In this document: one piece after another, positions 25,171-34,769 of the stretch
Numbering within the stretch: position 1 is the stretch's first letter
Layout: the number at the start of each line of letters is the position of its first letter
NCBI GenBank assembly: GCA_965655585.1
Contig: CBFHHG010000001.1
Coordinates: 68,630 to 132,629, forward strand
Length of the DNA: 64,000 bases
DNA from: Candidatus Arcticimaribacter sp.
GTDB taxonomy: Bacteria; Bacteroidota; Bacteroidia; Flavobacteriales; Flavobacteriaceae
Direction: 5' to 3'
Position numbers and translations under genes: made by a program
Notes under the pieces: generated by a model
Seen by the model: only the letters and a program-made list of their open reading frames with translations
Databases searched by the model: none
Told to the model about the DNA's origin: nothing

Positions 25171-27402
25171 ATGAGAAGACTCCAAAATTTTAGACTAATT
25201 CAAAAGCCCTTACTTTGGGGTTTAGCCATCTTAGTTTTTCAAAATATTTCTGCACAAGAAACAACAGAAGAACTTCATGCAAAACACACGACTGACGCCA
25301 TTGAATTAGATGGAGAATTGAGTGAACCCATCTGGCAAACGGCTCAAAAAACCACCAACTTTTGGCAGTATTTCCCCTCTGATAGCAATGCTGCAAAATA
25401 CCAAACCACCGTTCAATTTGCATACGACGAAGCTGCTTTGTATGTGGGTATTAAAGCAGAAGCAGTAAATGATAATTTTGTCGTTAGTTCACTGAGACGG
25501 GACTTTAGCGGACTTCGTAATGATAATGTAACCATACTATTTGATACGTTTAACGACGGTACAAATGCATTTGGTTTTGGGATCACTCCATATGGTGTTC
25601 GTAGAGAATTTCTAGTATCATCTGGTGGTGCAGCCCGTGAAAACTACAATTTTGCTTGGGATGTCAAATGGCAGGGAGAAAGTAAAATATTTGACACCTA
25701 TTTTACATCGGAAATTAGGATACCATTCACCTCACTAAAATTTGAAGAAGGTACTACCAAATGGCGCGTACGACCGTATCGGTTTAATATTCAATCCAAT
25801 GAGACGAGTACTTTGACTCGAGTACCCCAAACACAATTATTAGGGACATTAGCATTTGCTGATGATCTTATTTTTGAAAAACCACTTGGAAAATCGAGAA
25901 CCCCTATGACATTAATTCCATATGTGAATGGTCTGGCACAAAAGGATTTTGAAGACAACGCTTCGGATAATTCAATTTTAGTTGGTGGTGATGCCAAAAT
26001 TGCAATCGGTGATGGACTGAATTTAGATTTAACGTTCAACCCTGATTTTTCTAACGTAGAAGTGGATGATATTTTTACCAACCTTACACGTTTTGAATTA
26101 CGTTTACCTGAACGACGGCAATTCTTTATTGACAACAGTGATTTATTTGGTTCTTTTGGAAACTTCTTTACTGAAGCGCGACCCTTTTTCTCAAGACGGA
26201 TAGGGCTAGCGCGTGACAGCAATAATAACCTCATTCAAAACGACATTATCACTGGGGTAAGACTAAGCGGTAAGCTTAATGAAGATTGGCGATTAGGGAT
26301 TATGAATATTCAAACCGCTGCAGACGAATCCAATGAAGTTGCATCCAATAATAACACCGTGATTGCCCTTCAGAAAAAAATAGGGAAACGCTCAAATATT
26401 GGGGCGTTTATAGTGAATAGAGAACGCTTCAAGGAGTATAACTTTTCAGAAGAAAATGACAAATACAATAGAGTCTTTGGTGTAGATTACAATCTAGCGT
26501 CTGAGGATAATACTTGGTCTGGTCGTTATTACCTTCACAAGTCTGTCAATCCTGATGATAAAGGAGGTAATTTTTCGGCACAAGCAATCACCACTTACAA
26601 TAAAAATAATTGGGTTTTTATTAATGATTGGACCTATGTGGATGATGATTTTACTGCTGATTTAGGATTCGTACCTAGAACCGATATTTTTAAGATGGGT
26701 AATTTTGCACAACGTTTCTTTTTTCCAAAAAACAGGGAAGTTATAAATAGAAATAATGTACAGTTGTTGTTCATCAACTACTTTAGAACAAAGCTTGATT
26801 TTAAGCTTACGGATTACTCATTACGAGCTACTTGGGAAACAGAGTTTGTAAGCAATGCTAAAATTACTGCTAATGTATTCAATCAATACATTTTTCTGAC
26901 AAATGATTTTGATCCCACACGAACGGAAGGTGGTACTCCATTGCCAGGGAATGAAAGTTATAGGTTCAGTTATGCAAATATTGAATTTACTACTAATAAC
27001 ACAAAATTATTCACCTATGCATTGAATACAACTATAGGCCAATTCTTTAACGGGAATAGATATTCTGTAGGTGGAACTTTAGGTTATCGATGGCAACCCT
27101 GGGGACAATTCAGTTTGAATGTAAATTATGATGGCATCAAATTACCCGAACCTTATGAAAGTGCAAATTATTGGTTGATTACGCCCCGTATGAATGTGAC
27201 AGTTAACAAATCGTTGTTTTTTAACGCTTTGGTGCAGTATAGTAATCAGCGTGAAAACTTTGGTATTAATGCCCGCCTTCAATGGCGTTTTGCACCCTTA
27301 TCGGATTTATTTTTGGTGTATAACGACAATTATAACACTACTGAATTTACACCCCGATTTCGATCTATTAACCTAAAAATGACTTACTGGTTAAACCTGT
27401 AA
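25171..27402 (+). CDS. DUF5916 / carbohydrate-binding family 9-like outer-membrane protein
   Basis: A signal peptide is followed by an N-terminal CBM9/DOMON-like region (IELDGELSEPIWQ...). The long beta-rich C-terminal region ends in ...NLKMTYWLNL. Confidence 0.65.
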   Translation: MRRLQNFRLIQKPLLWGLAILVFQNISAQETTEELHAKHTTDAIELDGELSEPIWQTAQKTTNFWQYFPSDSNAAKYQTTVQFAYDEAALYVGIKAEAVNDNFVVSSLRRDFSGLRNDNVTILFDTFNDGTNAFGFGITPYGVRREFLVSSGGAARENYNFAWDVKWQGESKIFDTYFTSEIRIPFTSLKFEEGTTKWRVRPYRFNIQSNETSTLTRVPQTQLLGTLAFADDLIFEKPLGKSRTPMTLIPYVNGLAQKDFEDNASDNSILVGGDAKIAIGDGLNLDLTFNPDFSNVEVDDIFTNLTRFELRLPERRQFFIDNSDLFGSFGNFFTEARPFFSRRIGLARDSNNNLIQNDIITGVRLSGKLNEDWRLGIMNIQTAADESNEVASNNNTVIALQKKIGKRSNIGAFIVNRERFKEYNFSEENDKYNRVFGVDYNLASEDNTWSGRYYLHKSVNPDDKGGNFSAQAITTYNKNNWVFINDWTYVDDDFTADLGFVPRTDIFKMGNFAQRFFFPKNREVINRNNVQLLFINYFRTKLDFKLTDYSLRATWETEFVSNAKITANVFNQYIFLTNDFDPTRTEGGTPLPGNESYRFSYANIEFTTNNTKLFTYALNTTIGQFFNGNRYSVGGTLGYRWQPWGQFSLNVNYDGIKLPEPYESANYWLITPRMNVTVNKSLFFNALVQYSNQRENFGINARLQWRFAPLSDLFLVYNDNYNTTEFTPRFRSINLKMTYWLNL

Positions 27403-27424
27403 TACACATTAAAATTCTATTCTT

Positions 27425-27907
27425 ATGAAAAAAGCAATTTACTTTTTAGTACTTACTATCTCTCTTGGGGTTTCTGCTCAAGATTCAGATTATTCGGTGT
27501 CTTCCTACCTTGATGAAGGGTTTAAGGCACCAAACACGCATTATATAGGGGAAGCATGGCTAAATAGATTGCTCCAAGCTGATGATGATTTAACATATAA
27601 TATTACCAAAGCAACCTTTAAAGCAAATTCTACTTTAGATTGGCATAAACACGGAACAGTACAGGTGTTAATTGTAACTGCGGGAACAGGTTATTATCAA
27701 GAAAAAGGAAAAGAGCCCATGATCATGGAAGAAGGGGATATTATTAAATGTGAAAAAAACACGGAACATTGGCATTCTTCTTCAAAACATAGCGATGTGA
27801 CTTATCTGGCATTGTATGGTGGTGAAACACCTACCATTTGGACAGCAGTCCTTACCCAAGAATATTATGATAGCGTTGTCAAAAAGTTAATAAAACCCAT
27901 TCTCTAA
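27425..27907 (+). CDS. secreted cupin domain protein
   Basis: It has a signal peptide. The cupin motifs are LDWHKHGTVQVLIVTAGTG and GDIIKCEKNTEHWH. Confidence 0.75.
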   Translation: MKKAIYFLVLTISLGVSAQDSDYSVSSYLDEGFKAPNTHYIGEAWLNRLLQADDDLTYNITKATFKANSTLDWHKHGTVQVLIVTAGTGYYQEKGKEPMIMEEGDIIKCEKNTEHWHSSSKHSDVTYLALYGGETPTIWTAVLTQEYYDSVVKKLIKPIL

Positions 27908-27986
27908 TTACCTCCTTACTTTCAACTACTTCCCGTTTATCGAACTCTTTCTTTTAACATGTGCTAGAGATTGCACTGTAAGAAAA

Positions 27987-28010
27987 AACCCCTCACTTAC
28001 GTAAGGGGTT
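27987..28010 (-). terminator. terminator hairpin downstream of tRNA-Asn (also downstream of the plus-strand cupin gene)
   Basis: The stem AACCCCT/AGGGGTT has a 10-nt loop. On the minus strand it is followed by TTTTTTC. Confidence 0.5.
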
Positions 28011-28041
28011 TAGTTTAAATGAATTTGTAGCGGTAAGCTAG

Positions 28042-28115
28042 CTCCTCCTCTTAGGCTCGAACTAAGGACCCTCTGATTAACAGTCAGATGCTCTAACCAA
28101 CTGAGCTAAGGAGGA
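28042..28115 (-). tRNA. tRNA-Asn (anticodon GTT), 74 nt, CCA not encoded
   Basis: A manual cloverleaf fits. The acceptor is TCCTCCT/AGGAGGA, the D stem GCTC/GAGC and the anticodon stem TCTGA/TCAGA with loop CTGTTAA. The T stem is CTTAG/CTAAG with loop TTCGAGC, and the discriminator is G. Confidence 0.95.
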
Positions 28116-28132
28116 ATGTTTCATTCAGTTGG

Positions 28133-28140
28133 CAAATATA
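28133..28140 (-). promoter_or_regulatory. -7 promoter box (TATATTTG) for tRNA-Asn
   Basis: The minus strand matches TAnnTTTG, 18 nt upstream of the mature tRNA 5' end. Confidence 0.4.
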
Positions 28141-28179
28141 TATTAATTTAAAAATATTCCAAAGCTGAATGAATATTTT

Positions 28180-28629
28180 TTATGAATTAATTGCTTCTAC
28201 TTCTTTATCTACTTCACTCTTAACAAACTCCCCTTCTTCTTCGTTCCATTCAAAGTCGCTAGTCACTTTCAGAGTTTTTGGATTATAAGAAATTTCAAGG
28301 TATTTGAGACGATCGATACCCGCTACTTTAACCTGAACAATGAAGGTGTGCATGTGGTGGATGTCGTATGGGCTTAAAAACGTTTCATAAGAATCCCAAA
28401 TCACATTACGTGTGTACTCTACATTGAGGTATTTTTCTTCAACAAAAAATCGGATTTTTTTATTGATTTCACGATTATTGATTGGCTTAATTTCTCCATC
28501 TGGATTAACTTCAAAGCCACTGTGTTCTGCAATAAAGTCTTCTATAGTAACTTTAGTTTCTTGGGCTGAAGTTTGCGAAAACTGAACGGCAAAAAAACTG
28601 ATTATTACAAGGGATATGAACTTTTTCAT
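28180..28629 (-). CDS. hypothetical secreted acidic protein
   Basis: It has a signal peptide (SLVIISFFAVQFSQTSAQ) and no recognisable family. Confidence 0.55.
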   Translation of the reverse strand: MKKFISLVIISFFAVQFSQTSAQETKVTIEDFIAEHSGFEVNPDGEIKPINNREINKKIRFFVEEKYLNVEYTRNVIWDSYETFLSPYDIHHMHTFIVQVKVAGIDRLKYLEISYNPKTLKVTSDFEWNEEEGEFVKSEVDKEVEAINS

Positions 28630-28728
28630 GAGTGTGTATTTTTTAATATAGGATCAAATATAAAAAGAAGTTTCGCTTTTAGGGATGATTTTCACAGAAA
28701 ACCCTGTCAAACATCATCTGATTATGGC

Positions 28729-30066
28729 TTATCCGAAGATTGCCCGATAAACATCATTACCATTGGCAAACAATAAAACAGCTAGTAATAAGAAAAATCC
28801 AAACATTTGAGCGTATTCCATAAACCGATCGTTTGGCTTTCTACCGCTGATCATTTCATAAAGTAAGAACATCACATGCCCACCATCCAAAGCTGGAATG
28901 GGGAGGATGTTCATAAAGGCTAAAATGATTGATATAAGTGCTGTGCTCGACCAAAAACCCTTCCAGTTCCAGACCTCTGGGAAAAGGTTTCCTATTGCGG
29001 CAAAACCTCCAACTTGGCTTGCACCCTTTTTGGTAAATACATATTTGAATTGAGCGGCATAGTCGTACAACGTCCAATATCCATAGGTGAAACCAGCGGA
29101 TATACTTTCTGATAAAGTTAAATCAACATGGGTATACTCAATAGATTCGGGGTAAATCCCAATGGTTCCATTTTCACGGGGGTAAACGGTTTTTGTGATG
29201 ATTCGGCCGTTTGCTCTTTTCAACTCAATTTGAAGCGTATCGTATTGTTCTTTTCTCAAGTGATCCACTAAAAATGAATAGTCGGATATAGCAACTCCGT
29301 TGGTGCTCAAAATAAGATCACCTGTTTCTAACCCACTTGTTGCAGCGGGACTGTCTGGTTGAACGACTATAGCTGCTGGGAGGCGTATGCCTACGGGTCT
29401 CAGATCTCCGCTTTCGAACATTTGTGTTCCAAAATCTTCTGGGATCTGTAGGGTTTCTTTTGTGCCGTCGGGATGCTGAACTTCAACTTCGCTTACCGAT
29501 CTTAAAAATAAGTACTTATTCAGGTTATAAACGTTATCGAGTACTTCTCCGTCAACTTTTAAAATGCGATCTCCATCTTGAAAACCAACAGATTCAGCCA
29601 ATACGGAAACGTCCATTCCATTGGGAAGGGCTTCTGAAGTAAGGGTGTCTTTTCCCCAAACCAGATGAATCATCATATAGATAAAGAAACCTAAAATAAG
29701 GTTTACAATAACACCACCCAACATAATAATGAGACGTTGCCAAGCCGGTTTTGAACGAAATTCCCAGGGCTCTGGTGGAAGTTTCATTTGTTCGGTATCC
29801 ATGCTTTCGTCGATCATTCCCGAAATTTTAACATAGCCCCCCAAGGGTAGCCATCCAATTCCGTATTCTGTTCCACCAATTTTCTTTTTGAACAATGCAA
29901 ATTTGACATCAAAAAACAAATAGAATTTCTCTACTCGTGTTTTAAATAATTTAGCGGGGATAAAATGTCCTAATTCATGGAGGACAACCAACAGCGACAA
30001 GCTGAGGAGTAATTGAATTCCTTTTATAATAATTGGGCTCATGAGCGATTTTAAAGTACGCTTCAA
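28729..30066 (-). CDS. rseP: RIP (site-2) metalloprotease RseP
   Basis: It has the HELGH zinc motif, a central PDZ region and the C-terminal NILPIPALDGG motif. Confidence 0.9.
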   Translation of the reverse strand: MKRTLKSLMSPIIIKGIQLLLSLSLLVVLHELGHFIPAKLFKTRVEKFYLFFDVKFALFKKKIGGTEYGIGWLPLGGYVKISGMIDESMDTEQMKLPPEPWEFRSKPAWQRLIIMLGGVIVNLILGFFIYMMIHLVWGKDTLTSEALPNGMDVSVLAESVGFQDGDRILKVDGEVLDNVYNLNKYLFLRSVSEVEVQHPDGTKETLQIPEDFGTQMFESGDLRPVGIRLPAAIVVQPDSPAATSGLETGDLILSTNGVAISDYSFLVDHLRKEQYDTLQIELKRANGRIITKTVYPRENGTIGIYPESIEYTHVDLTLSESISAGFTYGYWTLYDYAAQFKYVFTKKGASQVGGFAAIGNLFPEVWNWKGFWSSTALISIILAFMNILPIPALDGGHVMFLLYEMISGRKPNDRFMEYAQMFGFFLLLAVLLFANGNDVYRAIFG

Positions 30067-30136
30067 AAATACTAATTTCTATGAGCTAACCTCCCATCCA
30101 AAAGGATTTTAATTTCTCTTAACATAAAAAAGAGAG

Positions 30137-30144
30137 TACCTTTG
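30137..30144 (+). promoter_or_regulatory. -7 promoter box (TACCTTTG) for the SCO gene
   Basis: It matches TAnnTTTG, 16 nt upstream of the ATG at 30160. Confidence 0.35.
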
Positions 30145-30159
30145 TTCTGAATTTGAATT

Positions 30160-30843
30160 ATGAAAACATTTTTTAAAACCTATAAAACTTTTTTAATTGT
30201 TTTTGGGCTGATCTCTATTTGCATTTTGATCTTGTTCTACGATGCCCTCAAGCCAGTTCGTATACTTCCAATTTACCAACCGGCTCAACTCAGCTTCGAA
30301 CTGGTTGACAGTACCCTGCAACACATCAAAAAAAGCCATCGCGTTTCTGATTTTAGCATGACCAATCAAAACGGGAAGACAATAACTCAAAAAGACTATC
30401 AAGATAAGATTGCTGTGGTCGATTTCTTTTTTACAACTTGCCCGTCCATCTGCCCTATCATGACTGATAATATGGTCCGTATTCAGACTAAAATAAAAAA
30501 TCAGGCCCAAATCAAACTACTTTCTTTTAGTGTAACTCCACAAATTGACTCGGTCGCTCAACTCAAAAAATACGCCCTAGAAAAAGGGGTGTTGGACGAA
30601 TATTGGAATCTGCTGACTGGAGATAAAAAAGAAATTTATACCCTAGCCCGTAAATCGTACTTTGTTGTAAAAGACGATGGTGACGGTGGTCCTTTTGATA
30701 TGATTCACACCGAAAATTTTGTTCTAGTAGATCCAGATCGCCGTATTCGAGGCTATTATGACGGAACAGATCTGGAAGCAATGGATGCCCTTTGGGATGA
30801 TATTGAAGTGCTTCAAAATGAGTACCCGATCGACTCAAATTAA
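30160..30843 (+). CDS. SCO1/SenC family copper chaperone / thiol-disulfide protein
   Basis: It has an N-terminal TM anchor and a thioredoxin-like fold with the CPSIC (CxxxC) motif. Confidence 0.9.
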   Translation: MKTFFKTYKTFLIVFGLISICILILFYDALKPVRILPIYQPAQLSFELVDSTLQHIKKSHRVSDFSMTNQNGKTITQKDYQDKIAVVDFFFTTCPSICPIMTDNMVRIQTKIKNQAQIKLLSFSVTPQIDSVAQLKKYALEKGVLDEYWNLLTGDKKEIYTLARKSYFVVKDDGDGGPFDMIHTENFVLVDPDRRIRGYYDGTDLEAMDALWDDIEVLQNEYPIDSN

Positions 30844-30879
30844 CTGCTCCTCTTTTTGGATTCCCGTACTTTTTTTAAT

Positions 30880-30887
30880 TACTTTTG
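30880..30887 (+). promoter_or_regulatory. -7 promoter box (TACTTTTG) for feoAB
   Basis: It matches TAnnTTTG, 24 nt upstream of the feoA ATG. Confidence 0.35.
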
Positions 30888-30910
30888 CTTCTTTAAAATC
30901 ATTCTAAATA

Positions 30911-31135
30911 ATGATCACTTTAGATCACATCGAAAAAAATCAACGTGCACGAATCGTATCAATTGATACGGATTTGTTGCCGCTCAAGCTGATTGAAATG
31001 GGATGTTTACCTGGAAATGAAGTACATTTAGAACAACACGCTCCCCTCAAAGATCCGATGTACCTTGTGATCGATGGTTGTCATTTGGCAATTCGAACGG
31101 AAACAGCTAAAAACATAACCATAGAATTGATTTAG
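30911..31135 (+). CDS. feoA: ferrous iron transport protein A
   Basis: It is a 74-aa SH3-like FeoA domain. Its stop abuts the feoB ATG. Confidence 0.9.
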   Translation: MITLDHIEKNQRARIVSIDTDLLPLKLIEMGCLPGNEVHLEQHAPLKDPMYLVIDGCHLAIRTETAKNITIELI

Positions 31136-33232
31136 ATGAGCAAGACCATTAATGTTGCATTGATCGGAAATCCCAATACGGGGAAAACTTCTGTCTTTAA
31201 TGCCATTACCGGTCTCAACCAAAAAGTGGGGAACTATCCGGGTATTACAGTTGAAAAAAAACAAGGCGTCTGTCGGCTAAACCATACCACTAAAGCACAC
31301 ATTATTGACCTGCCCGGCACCTATAGCCTCAACGCTTCGTCCATGGATGAGAGTGTGGTTATAGAATTGCTTCTCAATAAAAATGATAAAGATTATCCCG
31401 ATGTAGCCGTAGTTATTTCGGACATTGAGAATCTGAAAAGAAACCTACTTCTTTTTACCCAAATCAAAGATCTTGAGATCCCAACCCTCTTGGTGATTAA
31501 TATGTCGGATCGCATGTCTAGCAAAGGAATTTCTCTTGACATTCCCCAGTTAGAAGAAAAATTAAAAACTAAAATTGCGCTCATCAGTACCCGAGAAAAT
31601 AAAGGAATTGATTATCTCAAAACCTGCTTACTCGATTATAGATCCCTTTCCAAAGAAAACTGTACAGACATTCGCTTAATAGATGAAGCTTATTTCGGAA
31701 ATCTTGAAAAAGTATTCCCAGACCAATCGCTTTACAAATTGTGGTTGGTGATTACTCAAGACGTAAACTTTGCCAAAGTAGAGCGCAAAAAAGTTGAAGA
31801 TGCAACCGACTATAAAACACAGTCCGATTCTCATCTGAAACGCTTACAACAAAAAGAAACCATAAAGCGGTACCAATTCATCAATCAATCGCTAAAAGAA
31901 ACTTATGCAGTAGACCAGTCCAAAGCAACGGATTATCGCTCCAAATTGGATCGGGTTCTTATTCATCGTTTTTGGGGCTATATTATTTTCTTTATGATTT
32001 TGTTGACCATCTTTCAAGTCATCTTCGATTGGAGTAGTATCCCGATGGATTTTATCGACGAAAGTTTCACCAACTTAAGCGAATATACCAAACGAACATT
32101 ACCTCCAGGTCTCTTTACCAATTTACTGGCGGAGGGGATTATTTCTGGCCTAGGCGGAATTGTTATTTTCATTCCTCAAATAGCCTTTTTGTTTCTTTTT
32201 ATAGCCGTGCTTGAAGAAACGGGCTATATGAGCCGGGTGGTTTTTTTAATGGATCGCGGCCTGCGAAAATATGGTCTGAGTGGAAAAAGCGTGATTCCAC
32301 TAATTTCAGGAACAGCCTGTGCTATTCCTGCGGTCATGGCAACTCGGAACATTGAAAACTGGAAAGAACGCCTCATTACAATCCTAGTTACACCCTTTAC
32401 AACCTGTTCAGCACGTTTGCCCGTATACCTAATTCTAATTTCCTTGGTAATCCCAGAAGGCACATTTTTAGGAATGGGCTATCAGGGACTTACCCTTATG
32501 GGGCTTTATCTTCTCGGCTTTGTAATGGCATTATTGTCTGCAGCTCTATTGAATAAGATTCTAAAAATTCAATCCAAAACCTATTTTGTAATTGAAATGC
32601 CCAATTATAAACTTCCACTGATAAAGAATGTGGCGCTTACTGTTTTTGAGAAAACAAAGTCGTTTGTAGTTGAAGCTGGTCGGATTATTCTTGCGATTTC
32701 GATCCTCTTATGGCTGATGGCTTCTTTCGGTCCAGGGAAAAATTTTAGCGAGGCAGAAGCAATAGTAAAGAGTCAACCCAACAGTCAATTGCTATCTCCC
32801 GAAGAATTAGATAACGAGATTGCATCGTATAAATTAGAACATTCATTTATTGGGATTTTAGGAAAATCGATAGAACCGGCCATTGCACCTCTTGGTTTTG
32901 ACTGGAAAATTGGAATTGCACTGATTAGTTCTTTTGCTGCACGAGAGGTTTTTGTAGGGACATTAGCAACAATATACAGTGTTGGAAATAACCAAGAAGA
33001 GACCATTAAAAACAGAATGAAAGCAGAACGAAAACCCAACGGAGAACTTTTGTTTAATTTACCTACGGGAGTTTCATTGATGCTCTTTTATGCCTTTGCA
33101 TTGCAGTGTATGAGTACACTTGCAATTGTCAAAAAAGAAACTAACGGATGGAAGTGGCCCATGATACAATTGTTTAGTATGACGCTAATTGCCTATCTTT
33201 CAGCCCTAATTGTTTATCAAATTTTAGCCTAA
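31136..33232 (+). CDS. feoB: ferrous iron transporter FeoB
   Basis: The N-terminal G-domain carries GNPNTGKTS and DLPGTYS. A polytopic permease domain follows. Confidence 0.95.
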   Translation: MSKTINVALIGNPNTGKTSVFNAITGLNQKVGNYPGITVEKKQGVCRLNHTTKAHIIDLPGTYSLNASSMDESVVIELLLNKNDKDYPDVAVVISDIENLKRNLLLFTQIKDLEIPTLLVINMSDRMSSKGISLDIPQLEEKLKTKIALISTRENKGIDYLKTCLLDYRSLSKENCTDIRLIDEAYFGNLEKVFPDQSLYKLWLVITQDVNFAKVERKKVEDATDYKTQSDSHLKRLQQKETIKRYQFINQSLKETYAVDQSKATDYRSKLDRVLIHRFWGYIIFFMILLTIFQVIFDWSSIPMDFIDESFTNLSEYTKRTLPPGLFTNLLAEGIISGLGGIVIFIPQIAFLFLFIAVLEETGYMSRVVFLMDRGLRKYGLSGKSVIPLISGTACAIPAVMATRNIENWKERLITILVTPFTTCSARLPVYLILISLVIPEGTFLGMGYQGLTLMGLYLLGFVMALLSAALLNKILKIQSKTYFVIEMPNYKLPLIKNVALTVFEKTKSFVVEAGRIILAISILLWLMASFGPGKNFSEAEAIVKSQPNSQLLSPEELDNEIASYKLEHSFIGILGKSIEPAIAPLGFDWKIGIALISSFAAREVFVGTLATIYSVGNNQEETIKNRMKAERKPNGELLFNLPTGVSLMLFYAFALQCMSTLAIVKKETNGWKWPMIQLFSMTLIAYLSALIVYQILA

Positions 33233-33354
33233 TGGAAATTATTCAACTTGTATTGGTAGCTATCGCCGGATTTTTATCGGTACGATTTCTCTATAAAAAA
33301 TTTGTTGCTCCAAAAACAACCAACGGATGTGGAACCGACTGTGGGTGTAGTTAA
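33232..33354 (+). CDS. FeoB-associated Cys-rich small membrane protein (40 aa)
   Basis: Below the ORF-track cut-off. Its ATG overlaps the feoB TAA (TAATG). The product is MEIIQLVLVAIAGFLSVRFLYKKFVAPKTTNGCGTDCGCS*, one TM helix plus a C-terminal GCGxDCGC motif. Confidence 0.7.
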   Translation: MEIIQLVLVAIAGFLSVRFLYKKFVAPKTTNGCGTDCGCS

Positions 33355-33355
33355 T

Positions 33356-34648
33356 TTACCCCTGCATCAAACCTTCAATTTCGTCAACCTCAATTGGAAT
33401 ATTCGCCATTAAATTAATTGGGCTTCCTTGAGCTTGTACAACAACATCATCTTCCAAGCGGACACCAAAACCTTCTGCGGGAATATAAATTCCAGGTTCA
33501 ACAGTAAAGACCATATTGGCCTCAATAGGCAAATGAAGTAATCCATAATCATGAGTGTCTAATCCAATATGATGTGAAGTTCCATGCATAAAGTACTTTT
33601 TATATGCAGGCCATTCCGGATCTTGATTTTGTACGTCAGCCTTATCGAGGAGACCCAGCCCTAAAAGTTCGGAAGTCATTAATGCTCCTACTTCTTTGTG
33701 ATATTCTTTCCAGATTGTTCCAGGAACTAACAACTTAGTAGCTTCGTTTTTAACGCGAAGAACGGCATTGTAAACATCTTTTTGTCTTGCTGTAAATGCT
33801 CCGGAGACGGGAATGGTTCGGGTGAGGTCACTTTTATAATTTCCGTATTCTGCAGCTACATCAAGCAAGATTAACTCTCCTGCTTTGCATTGGGCTTTGT
33901 TTTCGGTATAGTGGAGCACGTTGGCATTGTTTCCAGATGCAATAATTGGCGTATAAGCAAAACCTTTGGATCGATTTCGCAGAAATTCATGACACAATTC
34001 AGCTTCAATTTCATATTCCCAAACACCCGGTTTTACGAAGCCTAGAAGGCGACGGAATCCTTTTTCAGTAAGGTCACATGCGGTTTGAATTTGGTCTATT
34101 TCTTCAGCAGTTTTTACTGCACGTAATTTTTGTAAAATGGGATTACTTTTGGCTACTTCATGTGCGGGGTAACCTTCTTTACATTTCTTAATGAAACGAT
34201 CTTCTCGGGTTTGTGTTTCTACAGCCTGACGATAATGTTCGTTGGTATTGAAATAAAAAGTGTCGTTAAACGCACTCAATTGACCGAGGATACGATCAAA
34301 ATCTTGAAGCCAAAAAATAGTTTCAATCCCAGAACGCTCAGTCGCTTGGTTTTTAGAAAGTTTTGCACCTTCCCAAACGGCTATATGGTCGTTAGTTTCG
34401 CGAACAAAAAGAATTTCCCGCATCTTGGGATCTACAGCATCAGGGAAAAGAAGTAAGATAGTTTCTTCCTGATCAACTCCTGTTAGATAAAAAATATCCC
34501 GATGTTGTTCAAAGGGTAAAACAGAATCTGCGCTAACAGGATAGGTATCATTCGAATTAAAAACCGCAATACTGTTGGGCTTCATCGCTTGCATAAAGTT
34601 TTTTCTCGATTTCATGTAAAAACTTGAAGGAAGTGGTTGGTAGCGCAT
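33356..34648 (-). CDS. pepP: Xaa-Pro aminopeptidase (M24B, aminopeptidase P family)
   Basis: The metal-ligand motifs are LLDVAAEY, HGTSHHIGLDTHD, EPGIY and RLEDDV. I prefer the start at M53 (34648), because the longer ORF would overlap the divergent neighbour. Confidence 0.9.
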   Translation of the reverse strand: MRYQPLPSSFYMKSRKNFMQAMKPNSIAVFNSNDTYPVSADSVLPFEQHRDIFYLTGVDQEETILLLFPDAVDPKMREILFVRETNDHIAVWEGAKLSKNQATERSGIETIFWLQDFDRILGQLSAFNDTFYFNTNEHYRQAVETQTREDRFIKKCKEGYPAHEVAKSNPILQKLRAVKTAEEIDQIQTACDLTEKGFRRLLGFVKPGVWEYEIEAELCHEFLRNRSKGFAYTPIIASGNNANVLHYTENKAQCKAGELILLDVAAEYGNYKSDLTRTIPVSGAFTARQKDVYNAVLRVKNEATKLLVPGTIWKEYHKEVGALMTSELLGLGLLDKADVQNQDPEWPAYKKYFMHGTSHHIGLDTHDYGLLHLPIEANMVFTVEPGIYIPAEGFGVRLEDDVVVQAQGSPINLMANIPIEVDEIEGLMQG

Positions 34649-34769
34649 AATGTTGGTTATTTTTTGAGTAAATATAGGGATTTGACTAGGAATACCTTTT
34701 AACAGATTCTTTTTCTTCAACAGTATTTTTTGTACTTTCAACAACCAAGAATTAATATAACCAACGGCT

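Noticed and set aside
28120-28173. 9-bp inverted repeat (TTCATTCAG / CTGAATGAA) bracketing the tRNA-Asn promoter, considered as an invertible promoter switch
   Set aside because: The arms are only 9 bp, the segment is 36 nt, and there is no recombinase or invertase gene anywhere in the window. It is more likely chance, or part of the AT-rich terminator of the upstream gene (stem 28151-28159/28171-28179).
27908-28180. tRNA-Asn as an integration site for a genomic island or prophage
   Set aside because: There is no integrase, no duplicated tRNA 3' fragment, and no phage or transposase gene on either side. The flanking genes look chromosomal.
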